Assembly: GCA_040005235.1 (NCBI GenBank)
Contig: JBDTZG010000041.1
Coordinates: 1 to 50,614, forward strand
Reading direction: 5' to 3'
Origin: Acidobacteriota bacterium
Lineage (GTDB): Bacteria; Acidobacteriota; Thermoanaerobaculia; Multivoradales; UBA5704
DNA length: 50,614 nucleotides
Position numbers and translations under genes: made by a program. This document shows positions 1-13,101 of this stretch, in pieces (positions within the stretch are counted from its first letter, which is position 1; each line of letters opens with the position of its first letter). The notes beneath the pieces are model-generated. The model saw nothing but the letters and a program-made list of their open reading frames with translations, searched no databases and was not told the DNA's origin.

Positions 1-321
1 GGCATGACCAACCTGCAAGAGGCGCGGCTCGCCCGCGAGGCCGAGATCTGCTACGCCACCCTCGCCATGGTCACCGACTACGACTGCTGGCACGAGACCG
101 AAGAGGCGGTCTCGGGCGAAGCGGTGATGGAAGTCATTCGCCAGAATGTCCAGATGTCGCAGGACGTCATCCGCCAGGTGCTCCGCCGCCTGCCCGACGA
201 ATCGACCGACTGCCCGCTCTGCCGCCATGCGCTCGCCCATTCGCTGATCACCGAGCGCTCGCTGATCCCGGCCGAAACGCTCAAGAAGCTCGCGCCGCTG
301 GTCGGCAAGTACATCAGCTAG
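1..321 (+). CDS. mtnP: S-methyl-5'-thioadenosine phosphorylase, 3' part (gene begins before the window)
   Basis: GMTNLQEARLAREAEICYATLAMVTDYDCW matches the MTAP C-terminal motif; the frame is open from base 1. Confidence 0.9.
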   Translation, partial: GMTNLQEARLAREAEICYATLAMVTDYDCWHETEEAVSGEAVMEVIRQNVQMSQDVIRQVLRRLPDESTDCPLCRHALAHSLITERSLIPAETLKKLAPLVGKYIS

Positions 322-330
322 GCGAGCCAT

Positions 331-1131
331 TTGAACAAGCGGATTCTGGTCACCAACGACGACGGCGTCTTCTCCGAGGGGATCAAGCTCCTGGCGAAAG
401 CTTTGAGCGACCTTGGCGAGGTCGTCGTCGTCGCCCCCGATCGCGAGCAGAGCGCCTCCGGCCACGCGCTCACCCTGTCGCGCCCGCTGCGCATGACCAA
501 GCTCGAACCGAACTGGTACGCGGTCGACGGCACGCCGACCGATTGCGTCAACCTCGCGTTGCTTCACCTGCTCAAGGACCAGAAGCCCGACCTGGTCTGC
601 TCGGGAATCAACTTCGGCTTGAACTTAGGCGACGACGTCACCTACTCGGGCACCGTTTCCGCGACGTTTGAAGGCACCCTGCTGGGCGTGCCGTCGCTCG
701 CGTTCAGCCAGGAGGTGGCGGAGGGTTTTTCCTTCGAGCCGGCGGCCCGCTTCGCGCGGACACTCGCGGCGACCGTGCTCGCCGAACCGACGCTGCCTGA
801 GGATCTGATCCTCAACGTCAATGTTCCCGCGAGGCCCGCCGGGGCAATCGGCGGCGTCAGCTTCACGCGGCTCGGCCGGCGAACCTACCAGCAGACGGTG
901 ATCGAAAAACTCGATCCGCGCGGCAAGAAGTACTACTGGATCGCCGGGACCCCCAAGTGGAAGCCGGAGACCGGCACCGATTTCGAGGCGATCTCCTCCG
1001 GCCGGATCTCGATCACGCCGCTCCATTTGGACCTCACCTACTACCCGGGCCTCGACGTCTTCGCACCGCTCGGCGAGAAGCTCGCCGCCCTGCCGTTGAA
1101 CGGCGGTCCGGACCTTAGCTTCAAGCCATGA
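331..1131 (+). CDS. surE: 5'/3'-nucleotidase SurE
   Basis: ILVTNDDG, APDREQSA, GTPTDCV, SGINFGLN and YSGTV motifs; TTG start. Confidence 0.95.
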   Translation: MNKRILVTNDDGVFSEGIKLLAKALSDLGEVVVVAPDREQSASGHALTLSRPLRMTKLEPNWYAVDGTPTDCVNLALLHLLKDQKPDLVCSGINFGLNLGDDVTYSGTVSATFEGTLLGVPSLAFSQEVAEGFSFEPAARFARTLAATVLAEPTLPEDLILNVNVPARPAGAIGGVSFTRLGRRTYQQTVIEKLDPRGKKYYWIAGTPKWKPETGTDFEAISSGRISITPLHLDLTYYPGLDVFAPLGEKLAALPLNGGPDLSFKP

Positions 1132-1796
1132 GCGATCCGTACGCGACCGCGCGGGAGCGGTTGATCAGCGACCTTGCGAGGAAGCGCGGCATTCGCGACG
1201 AGCGCGTGCTCGAAGCGATGCGCCGGGTGCCGCGCCATCTATTCGTCAAGGCCGGCACCTTGCCGCACCTGGCCTACGCCGACAATGCCCTCTCGATCGG
1301 CGAGCGCCAGACCATCTCGCAGCCGACCGTGGTGGCGCGGATGACCGAGCTGCTGGAGGTCGGGTCGGAATGCTCGGTGCTGGAGATCGGCACCGGCTCG
1401 GGATACCAGACCGCGATCCTCGCGCTGCTCGCCCGTCGCGTCTACAGCTTGGAGCGGGTGGCACCGCTCGCCCGCGAGGCGATCGCCCGGATGCGCGACA
1501 TGCAGCTCGACAACGTGAAGATCCAGATCTTCGACGGCACGGTCGGCTGGAGCGACGTGGCGCCGTTCGACCGCATCCTGGTCACCGCCGCGGCTCCCAA
1601 AGTGCCGCCGCCCCTTCTCGATCAATTGGCGCCGGGGGGCATCCTGGTGGTCCCCGAGGGGACGAAGAACGCCCAGCGCCTGATCGTCTATCGCAAAGAC
1701 GCGGCGGGCGAGTTGGCGCGCGAGGAAGGCGAGGCGGTGGTGTTCGTGCCGCTGGTGGGCCGCCACGGTTGGGCGGCGGAAGAGACCAAAGCGTAA
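1128..1796 (+). CDS. pcm: Protein-L-isoaspartate O-methyltransferase
   Basis: VPRHLF, QTISQP, VLEIGTGSGY and APFDRILVTAA motifs; ATGA overlap with surE, the classic surE-pcm pair. Confidence 0.95.
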   Translation: MSDPYATARERLISDLARKRGIRDERVLEAMRRVPRHLFVKAGTLPHLAYADNALSIGERQTISQPTVVARMTELLEVGSECSVLEIGTGSGYQTAILALLARRVYSLERVAPLAREAIARMRDMQLDNVKIQIFDGTVGWSDVAPFDRILVTAAAPKVPPPLLDQLAPGGILVVPEGTKNAQRLIVYRKDAAGELAREEGEAVVFVPLVGRHGWAAEETKA

Positions 1797-1881
1797 ATCC
1801 AATAAGCGTCCCCTCATGGGGGACCGTTTCGTAATCGAGAGCCGAGGGTTTGCGCCCTCGCCGAACCGAAAGGGAGCATCG

Positions 1882-2397
1882 ATGGACGATCTCAAGGGCT
1901 TTATCCGCGAAGTGCCGGACTTTCCCAAAGCGGGCATCCTGTTCTACGACATCACCACCCTGCTCAAGGATCCTCTCGCTCTTCGCATGACGGTCGACCG
2001 CTTCGTCTGGCAGTTCGCCAGCAAGCAGGTCGACAAAGTGGTCGGCATGGAGTCTCGCGGCTTCATGTTCGGTCCGATCGTCGCCTACAACCTGAACGCC
2101 GGCTTCGTCCCCGTGCGTAAGCCGGGCAAGCTCCCCGCCAAGTCGATCAGCGAGACCTACGACCTCGAATACGGCCAGGACACCCTCCAGATGCACGAAG
2201 ACGCAATCGAGCCGGGAGACCGGGTGCTGATCGTCGACGACCTGATCGCCACCGGCGGCACCGCGGCCGCTTCGGCCAAACTGGTCGAGCAGCGCGGCGG
2301 TAAGGTGGTGGGCTTGGGCTTCGTGATCGAGCTGACGTTCCTGGCCGGCCGGAAGAAGGTCGACCGGTACGAGGTGCTTTCGCTGATCCGGTATTGA
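1882..2397 (+). CDS. apt: Adenine phosphoribosyltransferase
   Basis: IREVPDFPKAGILFYDI, ESRGF, RKPGKLP, LEYG and VLIVDDLIATGGT; start placed at ATG 1882 after AGGGAG. Confidence 0.95.
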   Translation: MDDLKGFIREVPDFPKAGILFYDITTLLKDPLALRMTVDRFVWQFASKQVDKVVGMESRGFMFGPIVAYNLNAGFVPVRKPGKLPAKSISETYDLEYGQDTLQMHEDAIEPGDRVLIVDDLIATGGTAAASAKLVEQRGGKVVGLGFVIELTFLAGRKKVDRYEVLSLIRY

Positions 2398-2473
2398 GCG
2401 CGCAGGATGAACCCGTCCGTCCCCGTCATCCAGAGCCTATCGGTTGGGGCTGGTGACCCTTCCCGCCGCGGGT

Positions 2474-2856
2474 GTAGAGACGTCCCCAGTCCTCAACCAC
2501 GATCCTTTCCGGGTGCTGGCTGTCGGGGCGTCTCCTCCGGACCACCACGACGGCCGCCGTCCGGTGCTGGCTGTCGGGGCGTCTCCGGACCACCACTACG
2601 GCCGCCGTCCGGGTTCTGGCTGTCGGGGCGTCTCCTCCCCGGACCACCACGACGGTCGCCGTCCGGGTGCCAACCCGCAATGGCCGATTTGGCCACCCCC
2701 GGCGTTATCCCCGTGATCACCCCTAAAGCCACCCGTAACGGGTGTCCCTGTCTGTCCGTGGCGTGTCGTTGGCGCCGGTGGTCGTTGATGCGCTGGAGAC
2801 GCCCCGACAGCCAGCACCCGGAAAGGGTCGTGGTTGAGGACTGGGGACGTCTCTAC
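2474..2856. repeat. REP/MITE-like composite: 62-bp terminal inverted repeats enclosing about three tandem 48-54-bp units
   Basis: 2474-2535 (GTAGAGACGTCCCC...GGGGCGTCTCC) is the reverse complement of 2795-2856 at 61/62 positions. Units CC(G)GGTGCTGGCTGTCGGGGCGTCTCC..GGACCACCACGACGGCCGCCGT start at about 2509, 2561 and 2609. Confidence 0.85.
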
Positions 2857-2956
2857 CGCCTACGGGTCCCGTTTCCGAACACCGCTCCCTTGCCGAGACG
2901 GATCACCTCCGCGGCGCGGAGCAGTGCTCCGTCGAGAGCAGAGCGTCGCTACCGCG

Positions 2957-3123
2957 GCGCAACTGCGATATTCAGACGGAAGATATCGGTCTCCCCGCGG
3001 AGATTACGGTCACATGCGCTGAATACGGATATCGACGCCGAGAATATCCATAATCACGTCGCCAATTCCGATCTCAGCGTCCTGACTACCGCAGTCGCCG
3101 CATGAATACCGCAGTTGCGCGGT
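2957..3123. repeat. 18-bp inverted repeat pair enclosing a degenerate ~21-bp periodic tract
   Basis: GCGCAACTGCGATATTCA (2957-2974) vs TGAATACCGCAGTTGCGC (3103-3120), 17/18 complementary. GAATAC-like hexamers occur at 3021, 3042, 3063, 3084 and 3104. Confidence 0.55.
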
Positions 3124-3218
3124 GACCGCCGCTATCGAGACCTCGCCGGAAGCGCCGGATCGCTGGAGAGGCCGGCGATTTGGCCACCGCCGACCCCTTG
3201 GCGCTGTGATCCCCTGAG

Positions 3219-4253
3219 CTAGTTGCACTCTCCCGAGCCGGCATCCCGTACTTTACCGTCGGTATCGATGAAGTGCCACTCGTAGCCGGCCTTGTGGAGG
3301 GTCAGCAAGAGGACGCCGTAGACATTGCCGATTTGATACTCGCTGTTGTCCTCGAGCAGAGGCAAGAGGCCGCGCTTGTCTCCACCCCCGGTGCCCACGA
3401 TGAACTGCCGAATGCCGGACGCCGTGAGTTTTTGATGGGTGTCCTGTTGCTTGAACCGCTCGTAGTGATGATCGTGACCATTCACGATCACGGTCGCATG
3501 GTGGTCTAGGAGAGGCTCCCAGAGCCGCCACATCGACCGCCCTGGATCGCCTGGCTTGTCGCCATGCTCAGTCCCCGAGCTGAAAAGTGGGTGATGCCAG
3601 TAGGCCAAGACGCATCGCTGTTGGTTCAGATTGAGATCGTTCCTGAGCCACTCCAACTGCTGGCCCATCGGCGGCGCACCGGTTTGGTCGGCCATGCTGT
3701 TGAGCGAGACGATGTGCCAGCTGCCCAGGGGAAAGCTGTAGTACCCGAGCCCCTTGGTCCCCGCGTTTGTGCCGAAGTAGTTGAAGTAGGGGTCAGCGTT
3801 GTCGCGGAATTCGGGAGGGTAGATCCCATAATCGTGATTGCCCGGCGAGGGCCTGGTGTGCTCCTTGAAGCGGCCCCACGATTCCCCGTAGCACTGCTCG
3901 AATTGCGCCTTCGTGCCGTTCAAGTAGGCGTTGTCGCCCATGGTGAACACTTTCGCGTTGGAAAACCTGTCGATGATCTTGGCGGTGTCCTGGGCATGCG
4001 AAAGCTGGGCGCCGCACTCGGCGATGTCTCCTGCCCCGATCAGAAGCTCGTCGCCATCCGCCAGCTCGCGATCGACGAGCTCGTCCAGAGTGGGCAGCGG
4101 CTGAATCGGTTTCGCGGTCGCCAGAATCGGCTGAGTTTCCTGCGTCCCCGCAGTAGGCACCACCTTTGGCGGCGGCTGGGTTGCGCAGCCGCTGAGAACG
4201 ATCAGGCCTGCGAGCGCGAGGCGCTTCCAGTTTGTGGAATTCGAATTCGGCAT
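3219..4253 (-). CDS. Lipoprotein calcineurin-like metallophosphoesterase (acid/alkaline phosphatase-like)
   Basis: Lipobox LSGC; metal-binding motifs GAGD, GDNAY, GNHD, WHH and GHDHHY; C-terminal VGTGG; GGAGA RBS. Confidence 0.85.
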   Translation of the reverse strand: MPNSNSTNWKRLALAGLIVLSGCATQPPPKVVPTAGTQETQPILATAKPIQPLPTLDELVDRELADGDELLIGAGDIAECGAQLSHAQDTAKIIDRFSNAKVFTMGDNAYLNGTKAQFEQCYGESWGRFKEHTRPSPGNHDYGIYPPEFRDNADPYFNYFGTNAGTKGLGYYSFPLGSWHIVSLNSMADQTGAPPMGQQLEWLRNDLNLNQQRCVLAYWHHPLFSSGTEHGDKPGDPGRSMWRLWEPLLDHHATVIVNGHDHHYERFKQQDTHQKLTASGIRQFIVGTGGGDKRGLLPLLEDNSEYQIGNVYGVLLLTLHKAGYEWHFIDTDGKVRDAGSGECN

Positions 4254-4570
4254 CGGATCTCCTTTCAGGGTCCTATCCTGCCCAACTTAGACGGACCAGC
4301 CTGTCGCATTCCGCTCGCGAACCGTGTAGCGGAGCGAGAGCGAAGCGACAGACCCACTCCAGCGGGACTTCTGCGAATCCGCCAATTGGGGGAATTTGGC
4401 TTGCGTCCGTCTATCCAGAAAGTATTCCTGGAAGGCGGCTGGCGCCGAAGTCCCTGACAACGACGATAGGAAAGGGGTGGAACTTGAAACGGTTCTGTTT
4501 AGGGCGCAGGGCGTTCTTCTGCATCTGGCTGTCCATGCTGGGGATTGGCCCAATCTCAACGGAGGTGGTG

Positions 4571-5844
4571 ATGGCTGATGAAGCGAAGGACCCGAGGATC
4601 ACAGAGCTGGAGGCAGAGGTGGCGCGTGCCACGCTTGAAAAGAATCTCGCGACGCTCCGGAAGGAGGCCGCTGAGGCGCAGCAAGCGGAGTTGGTAGCGA
4701 CGCTCCCAAAAACGACGACGAAAGGCGTGACCGGGGACGTCACGACGAAGGATGGAGCGGGCTACTTCGCTGAGATTCTTGCTTATCGAACACTCAAAGT
4801 AGCGTCGGGTCAGGTAGCCGAGGCCACAAAGGGCAAGACTTCCGAGAAGACCGTGGTCCTGACTGACCAATTCGACCTCGCGGCCAATGATGCTCTATGG
4901 CAACTGATCGACCTTAAGTTCAGCGACTTCGAGAAGCGCTTCACTTGGCTGCTCGACACGAGGTACAAACCCAAGGATGACGGATCTTTCGACCTGACAA
5001 CCCAGCAAGGGGGAATCTTGGCCCTCGTCGCGTTGCCGGCAATTCTCGGCGCGGCGGCGGACATAGCAGCCTTCTTCCGGGTGAATCGCGATCTCATCGG
5101 GCGCCTGGTGACGCTGTCCAGTCGCGCACTTCTCGCGGAGATGGCTGCCGCGGTCCGAGTCAACTGCAAAGAAGTGATAATCCCGGGCTTCCATGTGGGT
5201 GGTCAGGGACTGCTCTACAAGAGACTGGGCGATCTCCAGGGGCTCAGGCAGAGGACTGCCGAATTACGAGCGAAGCTCCAGGACCAGATCAAGCCGAATG
5301 CTTCGGAGGTGGATCGCCAGTCCGCGGACCTCAAGGCGGCGGAGCAAAAGCTGGAGAAGCTTCGGACGGACGGCGCCAAGCTGGGCGACATCAAGGCGCA
5401 AGAGGACGTCGTCGCAAAGCTGAAACTTCGCTCGCCAAGGAGCGAGGAAAGATCACACTCTGGAAGCGTGTCACGGATGAAATCGATCCGGTGGTCTTGG
5501 AATTCAACACCCTGGAAACCACGCTTACGAGTCGACCGACCGGGCAAGCCATTTCTCCGATTGAGGCGGTGGCGACGGTCGATATCGTGCGATCCTTCAA
5601 GGATCCTGCGAAGAGCGCGAAAGTCCTATATGTCGCGGTCGTGAGCCAGGGCTCGGAGCTTGAGATCAGTAAGACCTCCTTCACTTCAGGCAGGATTTCG
5701 TACCTTGGGGGGAGCGTTGTCAGCTACTTCCTGGTCGATGGTGTATCCGGAGCTGTCGAAGAGTCTGGTTCGCTTCCTAACCACGCTACCGCCAGCTTTA
5801 AAGGGGGTAACGGTGCTACAACGCTCGGCGGGTCTGGCCAGTGA
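4571..5844 (+). pseudogene. Hypothetical coiled-coil protein (~424 aa) split by a single-base frameshift near 5421-5430 (pseudogene or sequencing error)
   Basis: ATG 4571 follows GGAGG; an in-frame TTG at 4484 would add a signal-peptide-like leader. The protein-like sequence ends at ...VAKLK and resumes in the -1 frame as TSLAKERGKITLWKRV...VLEFNTLE, continuing to stop 5844, which overlaps the next GTG. Confidence 0.7.
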
Positions 5845-6782
5845 AGCTCGCCGAAGGATTCGACCTCGAGATCGAGCGTGCCCTCTTCGAGCACCTACGA
5901 TCTGGGAGAGGGCTGCGGGGCCTTTCGCGGACCCCGAGGCTTGAACGAGGCTCCTCGGCCTTCTCGGTGGAGAGCTTCGAGGCCTTTCGCGAGTCTTGGA
6001 TGGGCCAAGTATTTCTGCGCAATATTGTGCGCCTTACGAAGAGGCCGTCGTACCTCATTCAGGCGGACACGTTCGATGTTGAAGCCGGGGACTCCTGGTT
6101 CCAAGCGCTCACTGCGAACCGGGCCTCGATCGAGGCCGCAATTCCTTCGGTCGGACGGGTCGAGTTGCTCAATCATCCAGACCAGAAGCTGGCAGGTACG
6201 GGATTTCTCGTCAGGGAGGACGTGATCGCCACGAATCGCCATGTCGCCCTGGCTTTCGTCTCTCGGCAGGGCGCGGGCTTCGGCTGGCTTCCTGGCGCAG
6301 GGGGGCAGGACGTGCGCGGTGACATCAATTTCCGAGCGGAAGATGGAGCCGCAACCAATGACGTTCACCTGATCACCGATGTTCTCCATCTTGAGGCAGA
6401 CCCGGGGCCCGACATCGCGCTACTTCGTGTCGAAGGGGTTGGACTACAGCCCCTCAAGTTGGCGGTGGGAGACCCGGAGGTGGGCGATGTCGTGGCGTCG
6501 ATCGGTTGTCCGTGGAAGACCCCGCAACCAACCGCTGAGCTCGAAGAGGCGATGGACGAGATTTTCCACGGGATCTTCGATGTGAAGCGCATGGCGCCGG
6601 GGAAGGTGACGGATGTGAATGGCCAAGCGGTCGTCCACGACTGCACAAATCTTGTGGGGAGCTCGGGTTCGGCATTGATCGACCTTGAAAGGGGAGAGGT
6701 CGTAGGGCTCGACTATGGAAGTGAAGTCGAGAATCTCGCGGTCCCCGTGACGGTTCTCGCCGACCGGCTGAGCCAGATCTAA
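5841..6782 (+). CDS. Trypsin-like (V8/Trypsin_2-type) serine protease without signal peptide
   Basis: [15 protein letters not shown] (His), DIALL (Asp) and [12 protein letters not shown] (Ser); GTGA overlap with the upstream gene. Confidence 0.88.
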   Translation: MKLAEGFDLEIERALFEHLRSGRGLRGLSRTPRLERGSSAFSVESFEAFRESWMGQVFLRNIVRLTKRPSYLIQADTFDVEAGDSWFQALTANRASIEAAIPSVGRVELLNHPDQKLAGTGFLVREDVIATNRHVALAFVSRQGAGFGWLPGAGGQDVRGDINFRAEDGAATNDVHLITDVLHLEADPGPDIALLRVEGVGLQPLKLAVGDPEVGDVVASIGCPWKTPQPTAELEEAMDEIFHGIFDVKRMAPGKVTDVNGQAVVHDCTNLVGSSGSALIDLERGEVVGLDYGSEVENLAVPVTVLADRLSQI

Positions 6783-6970
6783 TGCTCTGGTGGCGCCAGC
6801 CACCGGCTGGCGCCACTTCGCAGGACAACCGCCCCCGGCCCCGCCGCAATCCCGCGCCACTCGCGCAGGTTCAGGTACCCGACCGCAAAATCCGCCCGGT
6901 ACGAGTCCGCAAGCCCTTCCACCAGAGCCGGCAGAAGAGTGTGGTCGATGTTGTCGAAGATGCGGGGCAT
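6779..6970 (-). pseudogene. 5' remnant of a large PLD-nuclease/SNF2-helicase gene (NgoFVII-like restriction-associated type)
   Basis: [16 protein letters not shown]...[14 protein letters not shown] resembles the N-terminus I recall for that family (MPRIFDNI...ADFCVGYFNLRGW). The similarity stops after about 40 aa. Confidence 0.65.
6790..6816. terminator. Perfect 12-bp hairpin just after the protease stop (terminator or REP-like)
   Basis: GTGGCGCCAGCC-ACC-GGCTGGCGCCAC; no strong U-tract. Confidence 0.5.
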
Positions 6971-7007
6971 TGGGGAGGGGAGGGAGGGGACTCCTCGATC
7001 TCGCTCT

Positions 7008-7084
7008 TGGTGCGGCTGGGAGGACTCGAACCCCCGACCAAAAGTTTAGGAAACTTCTGCTCTATCCACCTGAGCTACAGCCGC
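7008..7084 (-). tRNA. tRNA-Arg (anticodon CCT)
   Basis: The reverse complement is GCGGCTGTAGCTCAGGTGGATAGAGCAGAAGTTTCCTAAACTTTTGGTCGGGGGTTCGAGTCCTCCCAGCCGCACCA (77 nt). It has an acceptor stem, D arm, TTCCTAA anticodon loop, TTCGA T-loop and encoded CCA. Confidence 0.97.
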
Positions 7085-7214
7085 AGGCCCCGAAGTATAT
7101 CGCGCCGCTTCGGGAGGCAACCCGCGGGGATTCCAGCGGGCCTCGTTAGGGCGGGCCCGGATTTGAGTCCAAGAAACGGCGCCGGCGGCATAATCTGATC
7201 CCCGGAGAATCAAC

Positions 7215-7243
7215 TTGCGTTCGCTCGGCGGACCCGTTATAAG
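7215..7243 (+). promoter_or_regulatory. Candidate sigma70 promoter for the kinase operon
   Basis: TTGCGT-17 nt-TATAAG about 100 nt upstream of ATG 7346. Confidence 0.4.
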
Positions 7244-7345
7244 GCGTTCTCTGGTCAGACTTTAAGAGCCGCGATGGGGTGGGTTCGGGCCCTCCTCGGC
7301 GGTAGGCGCGCTCTTAGTGGCGAACTTCTTACAAGGTCGAGACTC

Positions 7346-13081
<5,736 letters not shown>

Positions 13082-13101
13082 ATGTTTCGGTGGGCTCGCC
13101 G

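Noticed and set aside
2509-2668. Tandem repeats considered as a CRISPR array
   Set aside because: The units are contiguous near-copies with no unique spacers, and there are no cas genes.
2407-3105. 232-aa ORF and overlapping short ORFs
   Set aside because: These are translations of the repeat elements, with low complexity and no RBS or protein motif.
4280-4413. Integron attC site (GCCCAAC fits RYYYAAC)
   Set aside because: No matching GTTRRRY at the far end of the stem, it does not follow a cassette stop codon, and there is no integron integrase.
2400-7007. Intact integrative element or prophage with att sites
   Set aside because: No integrase or phage gene, and I found no second copy of the tRNA 3' end.
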